This document shows positions 51,929 through 64,000 of a stretch of DNA of 64,000 bases, piece after piece. The position numbers were made by a program, and so were the translations under genes. The stretch comes from Candidatus Poribacteria bacterium (lineage in GTDB: Bacteria > Poribacteria > WGA-4E > PCPOR2b): positions 1,024,001-1,088,000 of the forward strand of contig OZ244587.1 of the NCBI GenBank assembly GCA_965218095.1, in the 5' to 3' direction. Position 1 is the stretch's first letter; each line of letters begins with the position of its first letter. A model generated the notes under the pieces. It saw only the letters and a list, made by a program, of their open reading frames with translations, ran no database searches and was not told where the DNA came from.

Positions 51929-52867
51929 TCAATGGTACTTCTTGAGCTCCTTGATTGCTTCCTGCACTTGCGCCGAAATTTCTGGCGGAACACGGGGATT
52001 AAATGGGCCTCCTGTGCCGCCCTCAATATCACTAAAGCCGCTGAGATTCATCGCTTCGACTACAGCTGAATAGTTATAAATCCGTTCGTTCATGAAACGA
52101 ATCTCTTCGAGCGCCGAGACATCTCCTTCGATCTGGCGCGACGTTTTGTAGTCGCTGCAACGTTGAGCATTGTTAATCTCGTCGGAGGCGCGAGCGCATA
52201 GCACGGCGAGCCCTGACGTATGCCCCTTGGCACCGAGCTCCGCCGGGCGCGTGCATCGATCGCCGATGCCCCAGATTACGATGCCGCTATTCCCCACGCC
52301 GTTGACCATTGGCTTGACATCCGCCACTTCCGTACCAATCTTCACGCCGACGAAGTGCGGCGAATCATTGAGCAGGCGGATTACAGCATCAATATTGCGT
52401 TTCTGGCGCAAGTAGTAGAGGAATCGCGCATTACAGGATTCACCATACTTTTCGCCAAACTTCATGTACTGTTCGTATACGCCCTCAGGGTTTGAGATCC
52501 CCGTCAAAGGCATCAATAAATACACATCTGGCGGACGCGGAAGATTGGATTGTGATTCAACGAGTTTTCCTGCTGTGGCAATCGGATTCGGTACAATACC
52601 GGACATCAGGATGCCATCTTGACCCATCTGGCGTCCAGTCACATCAAGTACACGAATCTGCTCTTTCTCGCTGATGTGATAGACGAGGCTCGTTCCCGCA
52701 ATCGCAATCACGCGCTCCCGATCGCCCTCCAGATAGTTGTTCTGCATCAGGTAGTTGATATTTTTCGCATGCCCCGCGTAGTCGATCTCGCCACCATCAA
52801 AGGGGAGGATTGGAATGGCTGTCACGCAATCCAAAGCGTCTAAAAGGGTTGGGATGCCAATAGACAT
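51929..52867 (-). CDS. Dihydrodipicolinate synthase family protein (KDG-dehydratase-like)
   Basis: IPILPF..GEID, YY, FVGVK Schiff-base lysine, GAKGHTSG. Confidence 0.8.
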   Translation of the reverse strand: MSIGIPTLLDALDCVTAIPILPFDGGEIDYAGHAKNINYLMQNNYLEGDRERVIAIAGTSLVYHISEKEQIRVLDVTGRQMGQDGILMSGIVPNPIATAGKLVESQSNLPRPPDVYLLMPLTGISNPEGVYEQYMKFGEKYGESCNARFLYYLRQKRNIDAVIRLLNDSPHFVGVKIGTEVADVKPMVNGVGNSGIVIWGIGDRCTRPAELGAKGHTSGLAVLCARASDEINNAQRCSDYKTSRQIEGDVSALEEIRFMNERIYNYSAVVEAMNLSGFSDIEGGTGGPFNPRVPPEISAQVQEAIKELKKYH

Positions 52868-53079
52868 AGGGTTTCTCCTATTGGTTTGAATCAAAGTGGC
52901 ATTTTTTGGTCTGCAAACAATTTTATGGATGGACTAAGTTTAGCAGAATTTTCGCGCGATGTCAATGGGAGAAGTTTGAGGAATTTGGTTTTCTTTCGCA
53001 GCATAAAAAAATCCTTGCGTAATAGGCAGGGCTGAACAGCGGGGGTTCAATCTTGTAGATGTAACGAGAATCATCTGCG

Positions 53080-54151
53080 TCACGGCACGATCCAATCGCT
53101 AACAACCTCTACCCCATTTTTAGCTTCATCCGAGAATGTGACGATGTAACACCCCTTCAATGCAAACCGTTGACCAGGACCAAGACTCAAATGTGGAAAG
53201 ACGCCAGGATTGAGCACGTTCTCCGTTTCATGTTCGATGCTCTCGATGAAATAGTCTCTGGAGAAGTTGTCCACAAGGTAAACAAGCGAGTGATCAGCGA
53301 TTGAGAGTGCAAAATGGGTATTGATGGGTATTGAACTGTATACGTTCATGGGTTCGCTTGCCCCCTCTGGAACGCAGCCAGGCTCTGACCCGATAACGCC
53401 GGGGTATCTCCTGTTCGGGAGCAGCAAAGGGGTAGGTGAAGTAGACCTTGTCGTGAAATTCCTTTGGTAACGCCGGGGGCATCTCCTGTAGCAAGTTATA
53501 TGAGAGATAGATCTGTTGAATTCCCCCTGTGGCGTCCAGTGCAAACGCTAGCCCTTCCAAATCCACATCTTCGAGCCACAGAACGAGCACGGAGGGCTGT
53601 GCGTCTTTGAGCAGATTTTCCCAGAGGACAGATGCAAGTCTCTGGGGGCCTTTGATCATCCGGTCCTGCAGATGTGTAATCCCGTGGTCTCGAAGTGCTC
53701 GCCGAAACGCTTGGGCAAGCACACTTGTATACGCCGGGCGCATTCGCAGCGCCCTTACTTTCGCCGAGACGTGTTTTGGCTGGACATCCTGATATAGCTT
53801 TCCGAATAGATCGGCCCGCCGCAACTACCCGTCTTGGTACAGCTACGGATCTATCACGGGCAGTACAAATGCTGCGCCCTTACCCGAGCCAAAGCCACTC
53901 CTCCGATAGCAACTTGCGCAATTGAACTGGGTTCCTTCAATCGTTATACCCCCAAGCAGCGTAGCGCGAATCGGTTTGCCGGAGGGCAGGATACCTTCAC
54001 GATAAATTCGCTTTCCCAATTCGGCGTCTGAAGCAGACGCGGCGCTCAGGGGAATGTAACTGAGCGTTAGGAGTATCAGGAGCGTCAGGAGTGTCAGGAT
54101 TGGAAGGGAGGAAGAATAGAAGATTGGGCGCCAAGCCTTCCATTCTTCCAT
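53080..54151 (-). pseudogene. Degraded c-type cytochrome / substrate-binding fusion protein
   Basis: GKRIYREGILPSG, CASCY (CxxCH mutated), RPAYT, HLSLGPGQRF..KG spread over three frames. Confidence 0.7.
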
Positions 54152-54495
54152 TTTTCTGACCCTTTGCTTTCCTCGATGGATCAGAATACAACCATATCTA
54201 CCATCGCTTGATTGCTCATTTGCCCATTTTTACCTCGGCATCAAGATAGGACCTTCATGGTCCAGCACTGAGACCAGAGGAGCTTCAGCACCCTAGCATT
54301 ACAAGGGGATCGTAGGCTGCAACCAAACGGACGTAACGTACATGCGTTGGCGCCTGTTGGTGGTAGGTGTGTTCGTTGTCGGACTGCTGCTTTGTGTCTG
54401 TGTGTGTTGCTTTACAGGCGGGAAATAAGATAAGTGCAAAAAAAAGGAGAGTGATGCCAAAGTGTAACACAATGTTAGAATGCCACACATTAGAT

Positions 54496-55586
54496 TAGGA
54501 CTTACGCAACCCAGCCAATTATGGCATAATATGACCTCATAATATGACCTTATGATAACATTCACTGGAAACCAGCCTAACCTTCAATTGGATTATTGCC
54601 AGTTCTTGTTGGTCAGCCACATCAATTACACACAGACTTACTTTGCTAACCACACCCAAAAGTGGAGTCATGACCAAATCAACCGCTACCTGAGAAACGA
54701 GAGAATTACCCCCAGAGAAGTCTGGGAAAACGTCAAAGACGACATCCGCTTTTCGGATAACGGTTATCTGTTGTTTGACGATACCGCCGCTGATAAGAAC
54801 TATTCGTCGAAAATCGAACCTTCTCGTCGGCAAGGGAGTGGTAATGCCAAGCGAGTTATCCGGGGTATCGGCAGAGTCACGATGATATATGTTAACCTAG
54901 ATGTGAATGCGTTCTGGATTGTTGATTATCGTATCTATGACCCCGACCGCGATAGCAAAAGTAAAATTGACCATCTACCCCGATAAGATCGGGATTCAAA
55001 GCAACTTGAGATGTTGCGCAATGCGAGTTTTGACAAAAACCTTCCCTTTACAACCGTTTTAGTTGACAGTTGGTATGCCTCCCGTCAAGTGCTTGTTTAC
55101 ATTCAACGGCTTGAAAAGGTCTACTATTGTCCGCTAAAGAGCAACCGTCGTGTTGACGATTCGGATGGCAAACACCCACACCAAAGAATTGACCAACTCA
55201 ACTGGAGTGAAACCCAACAGACCCATGGAAAATCCATCCACCTGAAGAATTTCCCCAAAGGTCATCGAGTGAAGTTTGTGCGCTCCACCGAGCGCACGGA
55301 ATATGTCGTGACCAACAACCTCACTCAAGATTCGACGACTCGTTGGAAGATTGAGCAATTTCACCGACAAGCCAAACAGGTCACCGGTCTTCAACGCTGC
55401 CAGTGTCGCAAACAGAGGGGGGTGAGAAATCATATTGGGTGTTCGATGTGAGTCCGGGTCAAACTCAATCGTCTCGCCCGTCAGACCGGCAAGATGATTT
55501 ACCAACTCAAGGAGTCACTGCTTGACGATTATCTGCGTCAGCAACTGCTTTCACCTTCTATTCCAATGACTCTTGCGTAAGTCCTA
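54496..55586 (+). mobile_element. IS701-family element with a degenerate transposase
   Basis: TIR TAGGACTTACGCA; 4-bp AGAT duplication; FDDT..DK, DSWY, RWKIEQFHR. Confidence 0.9.
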
Positions 55587-55833
55587 AGATGTAGATATAA
55601 TGTCCATGATTTACCTTACAAAAAGGAGCAAATTTGCAGATTTTAGTGAATTGAGTAGATTGCAACATCGTGGTGTATGGGATCGTATTGATAGAACCTC
55701 AACTGCCGAGATAGTTCATTACATCACAGAACAAAGGATTTGTAAATACGGTATGATACAAACCTCAAGCAAGTTGAGTTGGCCGCAGATTGCCGCCATC
55801 AAAGTCAAGCGCAAATTTTAAGCACATATTTCC

Positions 55834-55862
55834 TTGCAGAAATGGGTCAATTATGTTATACT
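55834..55862 (+). promoter_or_regulatory. Sigma70-type promoter of the pyr operon
   Basis: TTGCAG-N17-TATACT with extended TG. Confidence 0.6.
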
Positions 55863-55898
55863 TAGGTGATTTTAGTGTGAGTGAATACGAGACACTTT

Positions 55899-55933
55899 CC
55901 CTTTTAATCTGATCCCGTGAGGTTAGGAAAGGG
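55899..55933 (+). ncRNA. PyrR-binding RNA element (anti-antiterminator)
   Basis: cc-TTTTAA-tctgATCCCGTGAGGTtaggaaaggg fits the UUUAA + ARUCCNGNGAGGYU consensus; lies upstream of pyrR. Confidence 0.8.
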
Positions 55934-56004
55934 CGTTGAACATGATTTACGACGACACTCATTTTTTTGAGATCTTTTATTTCTTTGGCTATCAGTTTAT
56001 ACGC

Positions 56005-56037
56005 GCCTCCCTATTTTCATAGGAGAGGCTTTTTTTA
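56005..56037 (+). terminator. Attenuator terminator
   Basis: gcctccctat-tttc-ataggagaggc-ttttttt. Confidence 0.8.
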
Positions 56038-56091
56038 TGCCTAGATTTAGCTTGACGCCCAATTTAACATTGTCAAGTTAGCTGCTCGATT

Positions 56092-56670
56092 ATGAATGCA
56101 CAAACTGTATTGGATTTTATTGAAGAAATCGGCGTTCTGAAAAATCTGCCGCGCACCGGTTGGCGTTTTCGCGGCATTAAGGACGCCGAGAGCATCGCGG
56201 ATCATTGCTATCGTGTATCACTTTTGTCGATGATTCTGGCGGATGTGTTGACGGAGCAGGGGGTTACGCTGAACGTAGAAAAGGTGATGCGGCTCGCATT
56301 GTTGCACGAAGTTGCGGAAGCACGAATTGGGGATGTGCCGTTCCCAGCCCTTGAATATATCCCCGAAGATGTCAAGGAAGCGGGGGAAAGAACTGCCGTG
56401 GAATCAATGTTTGAAAACTTTGGCGCATTCCAACAAAAGTATGTCGAACTTTGGGATGAATTTGAGCGTGGCACATCTCTCGAAGGAAAATTGGTGCGGG
56501 CCACCGATAAACTTGAATTAATGATTCAAGTGTTGGAATATGAAAAGATTGGCTATCGATCGCTAGATAAATTCTGGGTTAATCCCTGGAATCATCAAAA
56601 CTTTGACGATTATCCCCTGATCCGGGAAATCATGAACCTCCTAATCGAAAGAAGGGAATGTTTGAACTGA
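56092..56670 (+). CDS. HD-domain 5'-deoxynucleotidase-like protein (YfbR/HDDC2 type)
   Basis: LK.LPRTGW, ESIADH, LLHEVAE..GD, DKLE motifs. Confidence 0.88.
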   Translation: MNAQTVLDFIEEIGVLKNLPRTGWRFRGIKDAESIADHCYRVSLLSMILADVLTEQGVTLNVEKVMRLALLHEVAEARIGDVPFPALEYIPEDVKEAGERTAVESMFENFGAFQQKYVELWDEFERGTSLEGKLVRATDKLELMIQVLEYEKIGYRSLDKFWVNPWNHQNFDDYPLIREIMNLLIERRECLN

Positions 56671-58514
<1,844 letters not shown>

Positions 58515-58580
58515 AACGTGAAGCGTGATAGGTAATGCGTAAGAAAAAACAGAATAAGTCATTTCCAAGTGAGGTAGGAT

Positions 58581-58718
58581 ATGGCTCAGGATGAACGCTT
58601 CAGCGATTTGCCTATGATAGAGACCGAAAGGTTGCTTTTAAGAACGCTGAAGATGGAGGATGCTGAAGATATATTTGAATGGATTTCAGATCCGGAGGTG
58701 ACATCTCGAGTTTTATAG
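58581..58718 (+). pseudogene. N-terminal relic of a RimJ/RimL GNAT acetyltransferase
   Basis: LPMIETERLLLRTLKMEDAEDIFEWISDPEV followed by a stop. Confidence 0.75.
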
Positions 58719-58982
58719 AGAAAACTGAGAGACTAACCAAATACAAGTTACTCTTAGAGATCGAAGATCGGGGGTTTGAGTTCTCTGTCTTTGGCTACGG
58801 ATTTTGGAAGTCCTCAATTGTGACCGGTACAATATTCGATAGAGTTGTATTGACGCTAGAAGATGCATGTGAATATAATTCCATCCCCGAAGACGAGTAC
58901 GAAAAAGCAAGACAATATTTTGGTGGGCTTCACGAACAGCGGATACAAGAATTTCCGAATTAAACAGATAAAAAGGTAGCCG

Positions 58983-60605
58983 ATGAATATGAATCAACTC
59001 TACTATGGTGACAATCTAGACATTTTGCGAGCCCACATCCCGGATGAAAGCGTCGATCTCATTTACATCGATCCGCCGTTCAACTCGAACCAAGCGTACA
59101 ACGTGATTTTCAGCGAGGCAGATGGCTCATCATCGCAGGCGCAGATTCAAGCCTTTGAGGATACATGGCATTGGGTCGAAACCACTGAGCAGGCATATTA
59201 TGAGCTGGTCGAGACCGCGCCACCCCTTCTGGTTGAGACAATCAAGAGTTTTCGCGGAATCCTCGGTGAAAACAATCTGATGGCGTACCTCGTGATGATG
59301 GGGTTGCGATTGGTGGAACTCCACCGCGTCCTGAAACCGACAGGGAGCTTTTATCTCCATTGTGACCCGACAGCATCGCACTATCTGAAGATTATCTTAG
59401 ATCAGGTTTTTGGCGTTGAGAATTTCAGAAACGAGGTAATTTGGAAACGTTTTAACTTTCACGCAGATGCAAAGCGTTACGGACGTATAACAGACAGATT
59501 GTTGTTTTATACACGGAGTGGTGATTTTTGCTGGAATCAACCTCGTATGCCCTTTTCAGAGGACTATGTTCGCTCGAAATTTACTCATAAAGATGAGCGA
59601 GGTGTTTTCCGATTAAGTGATTTGAACCCGCCCGGTGGTCGTGGTCCAGTCTATGAGTTTCGTGGCGTTACTCGTCCATGGCGTTATACTGAAGAAAAAA
59701 TGAAGGAGCTCGATAAGCAGGGACGCATATATTGTGCAAGGAGTGGCGATATTCCGCAGCTTAAAAGATATTTAGATGAACTTGATGGGCAAGCCGTTCC
59801 GGAATTATGGCAGGATATACCACCAATAAACCCGATGGCTAAAGAGCGTCTCGGCTATCCGACCCAAAAACCTGAAGCATTGCTTGAGCGAATTATCAAA
59901 GCGAGTAGCAACGAAGGCGATGTTGTATTGGACGCCTTCTGTGGTTGTGGGACAGCTGTCGCTGTTGCGCAACGGCTTAACCGCCGGTGGATTGGGGTTG
60001 ACATCACACATCTTGCCATTGCCTTATTGAAATATCGTCTTGCTGATGCCTTCGGTGATGATGTGAAATATGAAGTTATCGGTGAGCCGAAAGATGCGGA
60101 GAGCGCGAAGGCTTTAGCGGTTCAGGATCGGTATCAATTCCAGTGGTGGGCGTTAAGTCTGATTCGGGCGAGACCTTATCAGGAGAAAAAGAAGGGCGCA
60201 GACGAAGGTGTGGACGGGATGATCTATTATCAGGATGTTGACCCGGACAACCCAAAAAAGATGTTGACTCGGAAGATTGTCGTTCAGGTCAAAAGTGGGA
60301 AGGTCTCTGTCAAGGACATACGAGAACTGAAATCGGTTGTCGACAGCCAAGACGCTGTAATCGGTGTCTTTATCACGCTGAACCCGCCGACCCAACCGAT
60401 GGTTAAAGAAGCGGCTACGGCGGGTCGTTTTCAATGGCTTCACGTCAACCACACGATATATCCAAAAATTCAGATTCGGACGATTGAGGAACTGCTTGCG
60501 GGACACGGTATTGAATATCCACAGACGCCTATTGATATCACGTTCCGCAGGGCAGAGCGAGCAGCCCTCCAAAGCCAGCAACTTGAAATAGAGGTTAACC
60601 AATGA
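58983..60605 (+). CDS. Beta-class N4/N6 DNA methyltransferase fused to a C-terminal Mrr-like nuclease domain
   Basis: DPPF precedes YPTQKP and DAFCGCGT; C-terminal [14 protein letters not shown] (D-QxK). Confidence 0.92.
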   Translation: MNMNQLYYGDNLDILRAHIPDESVDLIYIDPPFNSNQAYNVIFSEADGSSSQAQIQAFEDTWHWVETTEQAYYELVETAPPLLVETIKSFRGILGENNLMAYLVMMGLRLVELHRVLKPTGSFYLHCDPTASHYLKIILDQVFGVENFRNEVIWKRFNFHADAKRYGRITDRLLFYTRSGDFCWNQPRMPFSEDYVRSKFTHKDERGVFRLSDLNPPGGRGPVYEFRGVTRPWRYTEEKMKELDKQGRIYCARSGDIPQLKRYLDELDGQAVPELWQDIPPINPMAKERLGYPTQKPEALLERIIKASSNEGDVVLDAFCGCGTAVAVAQRLNRRWIGVDITHLAIALLKYRLADAFGDDVKYEVIGEPKDAESAKALAVQDRYQFQWWALSLIRARPYQEKKKGADEGVDGMIYYQDVDPDNPKKMLTRKIVVQVKSGKVSVKDIRELKSVVDSQDAVIGVFITLNPPTQPMVKEAATAGRFQWLHVNHTIYPKIQIRTIEELLAGHGIEYPQTPIDITFRRAERAALQSQQLEIEVNQ

Positions 60606-61786
60606 AAGCAATTCTCGCATTAGCAGATGGAACAATCTTTGAAGGCGAACACTTTGGTGCAACCGGCGAAACTTCAGGTGAGGTAGTCTTCAACACCAGC
60701 ATGACAGGCTACCAAGAAATCCTCACCGATCCCTCCTACAAGGGGCAGATCGTCACGATGACCTACCCGCTAATCGGAAACTACGGCTGCAACGAGATCG
60801 ATGTCGAATCAATTCGACCGCAAGCGGAAGGGTTTGTTGTGCGTGAATATAGTGCGTACGAGAGTAATTGGCGTTCACAATTGAACCTCGGTAGCTACCT
60901 TGAGGAAAATGGGATTATCGGCATCCACGGTATTGACACGCGCGCATTGACCAAGCGGCTCAGGGTGCATGGCGTTATGGATGGTGTACTTTCGACGGAA
61001 GACCTTGACCCTCAAAGCTTAGTTGCCAAAGCGCAGGCATGGCATGGGTTGGTTGGTGTGGATATGGTTCAGTACGTGACGTGCCCCAATCCTTACTTAT
61101 GGGAGACACGCGACTCCGAATCAAGCGCTCTTCCTGACTTGACCTCTGCCGCCGATGATAAAAACTCCCAACTCACCATTGACTTTGGCACCGCGGAGAT
61201 TGAGGCACCGTCAACTCCTCAATTCCGCGTCATTGCGATGGATTTCGGAGTCAAATATAACATCCTACGCCAACTTGCCCAACACGGTTGTCAGGTGCAA
61301 ATTGTTCCAGCACACACTTCCGCAGAGGATATTCTCGCCGCGGATGCAGATGGTATCTTCTTGTCAAACGGTCCCGGCGATCCGGAGCCGATTGAATATG
61401 GAATCAAGACGATTCAGCGCCTCATCGGCAAAAAGCCAATCTTCGGTATCTGTTTGGGGCATCAGTTGTTAGGACTTGCGTTTGGCGGAAAGACCTTCAA
61501 ACTCAAATTCGGACATCGCGGCGCGAATCAGCCGGTTAAGCGGTTCGACACGGAACAGGTAGAGATCACCGCGCAAAATCACGGTTTCTGTGTGGACATC
61601 GATTCACTACCAGGCGCTGTAAAGATTACGCATCTTAATCTAAACGATCAGACCCTTGAAGGCATGGAGCACACCAAATATCCCATCTTCTCTGTGCAGT
61701 ACCATCCGGAAGCCTCTCCCGGACCTCATGATGCGAGCTATCTTTTTAGAAAATTCGCCGACCTTATGAAAGGGAGAAATGTGTGA
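60602..61786 (+). CDS. carA: Carbamoyl-phosphate synthase small subunit
   Basis: [41 protein letters not shown]. Confidence 0.98.
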   Translation: MKAILALADGTIFEGEHFGATGETSGEVVFNTSMTGYQEILTDPSYKGQIVTMTYPLIGNYGCNEIDVESIRPQAEGFVVREYSAYESNWRSQLNLGSYLEENGIIGIHGIDTRALTKRLRVHGVMDGVLSTEDLDPQSLVAKAQAWHGLVGVDMVQYVTCPNPYLWETRDSESSALPDLTSAADDKNSQLTIDFGTAEIEAPSTPQFRVIAMDFGVKYNILRQLAQHGCQVQIVPAHTSAEDILAADADGIFLSNGPGDPEPIEYGIKTIQRLIGKKPIFGICLGHQLLGLAFGGKTFKLKFGHRGANQPVKRFDTEQVEITAQNHGFCVDIDSLPGAVKITHLNLNDQTLEGMEHTKYPIFSVQYHPEASPGPHDASYLFRKFADLMKGRNV

Positions 61787-61884
61787 TACGTAATGCGTAA
61801 TCAGTAATGAGTAAAACTGATTATACCTTGCCCCTTACTTGTTACTCGCTGCTATACGTTTCACGCAATTCGCAATAGATAATC

Positions 61885-64000
61885 ATGCCAAAACGAACGG
61901 ACATCGAAAAAATCTTGATTATCGGCTCTGGGCCGATTATTATCGGTCAAGCCTGTGAATTTGACTATTCTGGAACTCAGGCGTGTAAAGCCTTGAAGGA
62001 GGAAGGCTATGAAATTGTTCTCATCAACAGTAATCCGGCAACGATTATGACAGACCCGGAGTTCGCAGATCGGACTTATATCGAACCGATTGGTGCGGAT
62101 GTCGCCGAAAGAATTATTGCGGCGGAACGTCCACAAGCCTTGCTCCCGACGTTGGGCGGACAGACGGGGCTGAATGTTTCTGTTGAACTTGCTGAGTCGG
62201 GCGTGCTGGACAAATACGATGTCGAACTGATTGGTGCGAAACTCCATGCCATCCAAAAAGCGGAAGACCGGGAGCTATTCAAAAAGGCGATGGAGGGGAT
62301 CGGCTTGGCGGTGCCTAAAAGCGGCATTGCCCGTTCGTTTGTTGACGCCATTGCTGTCATCGCCATGATCAGCTACCCTGCGATTATCCGACCGGCGTTT
62401 ACACTCGGCGGCACAGGTGGGGGGATCGCCTACAATATCGAAGAGTTTCGGGAGATGGTTGAACACGGCCTGGCGTTAAGCCCGGTCAACGAAGTGTTAA
62501 TCGAGGAGTCGGTGATTGGCTGGAAAGAGTTTGAGCTTGAAGTAATGCGCGATCAAGCCGATAATGTCGTGATCATTTGCTCAATCGAGAATTTCGATCC
62601 AATGGGCGTTCACACCGGCGATAGCATTACCATCGCGCCCGCTCAGACCTTGACAGACAAAGAATATCAGCAGATGCGAGACGCCGCGATAAAGATCATC
62701 CGTGAAATCGGTGTGGACACAGGGGGTTCAAATATTCAATTTGCCGTTCACCCGGACACAGGGAAACAGGTCGTTATTGAAATGAACCCGCGGGTCTCTC
62801 GGAGTTCTGCACTTGCCTCGAAAGCAACTGGGTTTCCGATAGCGAAGATCGCAGCGAAGTTGGCTGTCGGATATACGCTTGATGAGCTTCCCAATGATAT
62901 TACGCGCAAAACCCCTGCGTCGTTTGAACCGACGATTGATTACGTTGTGACAAAGATTCCACGTTGGGCGTTTGAGAAATTCGCTGGCACCGATGAAACG
63001 CTGACCACGATGATGAAATCGGTCGGTGAGGCAATGGCAATTGGAAGGACGTTCAAAGAATCCCTGCAGAAGGGCTTACGGTCTTTGGAAAACGGTTGGG
63101 CCGGACTTGACAACCATCCCATCCATGAATTGCCGTTCTCGGAACTTCCCCGGAAATTGACGATACCCAATGTGGAGCGAATCTTTTACATAAAACAAGC
63201 CCTGCAGCGCGGGATGAGTATCGATCAGATTCACGGATATACACAAATCGACCCATTTTTCCTGTATAATATGAAGGAGATTGTCGATCTTGAGGAGGAA
63301 ATTCGGAAAGTCGGAAGCGACAGCAAACTAGACGCTCTGGATATGTCTCAGCTTCCTGATTCATCCATTTTCCTGCTCCGAAAAGCAAAGCAGTACGGGT
63401 TTTCGGACCGTCAGATAGGGGAACTTTGGAACGCCTCCGAGGCGAGTATCCGAGGGCTAAGGAAGGGGCACGGGATTGAAGCCACGTTTAAGACGGTGGA
63501 TACATGTGCTGCGGAGTTTGAAGCGGAGACGCCTTACTACTATTCTACCTACGGGATGGAGGATGAAGTCCGACCTAGCCAGAAGAAGAAGATTCTGATT
63601 TTGGGCAGCGGTCCGAATCGGATTGGTCAAGGAATTGAATTCGATTACTGTTGTGTTCACGCGGCACTCGCGCTTAAAGAGGATAACTATGAGACTATTA
63701 TGGTCAACAGCAATCCCGAAACCGTGAGCACGGATTACGATACGTCGGATCGGCTCTACTTTGAACCACTCACGCACGAAAATGTGTTGAACATCGTTGA
63801 TCGGGAAAAGCCGGAGGGGGTTATCGTGCAGCTTGGCGGGCAAACGCCACTGAATCTTGCGCTCGGACTCCAGAAGGCGGGCGTTCCAATTATCGGAACA
63901 AGCCCAGAGGACATTGCGAGATCGGAGGATCGGAAGCAGTTTACAGAGTTGCTTGACGGGCTCGGCTTGATGCAGCCTCCAAATGGCACGGCAACTTCGG
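61885..64000 (+). CDS. carB: Carbamoyl-phosphate synthase large subunit (runs off the window edge)
   Basis: Manual translation: [30 protein letters not shown] ... [15 protein letters not shown]; absent from the ORF track. Confidence 0.98.
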   Translation, partial: MPKRTDIEKILIIGSGPIIIGQACEFDYSGTQACKALKEEGYEIVLINSNPATIMTDPEFADRTYIEPIGADVAERIIAAERPQALLPTLGGQTGLNVSVELAESGVLDKYDVELIGAKLHAIQKAEDRELFKKAMEGIGLAVPKSGIARSFVDAIAVIAMISYPAIIRPAFTLGGTGGGIAYNIEEFREMVEHGLALSPVNEVLIEESVIGWKEFELEVMRDQADNVVIICSIENFDPMGVHTGDSITIAPAQTLTDKEYQQMRDAAIKIIREIGVDTGGSNIQFAVHPDTGKQVVIEMNPRVSRSSALASKATGFPIAKIAAKLAVGYTLDELPNDITRKTPASFEPTIDYVVTKIPRWAFEKFAGTDETLTTMMKSVGEAMAIGRTFKESLQKGLRSLENGWAGLDNHPIHELPFSELPRKLTIPNVERIFYIKQALQRGMSIDQIHGYTQIDPFFLYNMKEIVDLEEEIRKVGSDSKLDALDMSQLPDSSIFLLRKAKQYGFSDRQIGELWNASEASIRGLRKGHGIEATFKTVDTCAAEFEAETPYYYSTYGMEDEVRPSQKKKILILGSGPNRIGQGIEFDYCCVHAALALKEDNYETIMVNSNPETVSTDYDTSDRLYFEPLTHENVLNIVDREKPEGVIVQLGGQTPLNLALGLQKAGVPIIGTSPEDIARSEDRKQFTELLDGLGLMQPPNGTATS

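Noticed and set aside
54200-54495. Possible gene or IS tail fragments
   Set aside because: Too degraded to assign.
61165-61190. QLTIDF in a CarA linker as a beta-clamp-binding motif (compare QQLYLF in the AlkB relic and KQLFLL in the MTase)
   Set aside because: Short motif, imperfect match, in a variable linker; not supportable without conservation data.

Overview
Bacterial window of about 50% GC. The gene mix (PhyH dioxygenases, DHDPS-like lyases, UxuA, Gfo/Idh/MocA, GTAG-type REPs) resembles Candidatus Poribacteria, but that assignment is inference only. Intact housekeeping and catabolic genes are mixed with many IS elements (four copies of one IS5-family element, IS3 nested in IS3, IS701, IS982-like) and more than 15 pseudogenes or relics. 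Main blocks: (1) a candidate isoprenoid operon, LOG - Zn-dehydrogenase - UbiA prenyltransferase - squalene-hopene-cyclase-like class II cyclase - GT2, interrupted by a TM/HEPN-like gene pair (flanked by a 40-bp duplication of the dehydrogenase start) and an XamI-like restriction-modification system; (2) an ECF sigma/anti-sigma/MucB/periplasmic-protein operon; (3) a signal-peptide YidD-like gene with two TPR-TM2 genes; (4) an orphan molybdoprotein subunit; (5) a decayed integron with one cassette; (6) two divergent S9 peptidases; (7) an IS pile-up; (8) a PyrR-attenuated operon, HD-domain - pyrR - pyrC - [MTase] - carA - carB, lacking pyrB. Degenerate 7-9-mer tandem repeats mark many gene junctions and occur inside IS701-ended MITEs. 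All calls come from motif recognition by eye, without database searches.
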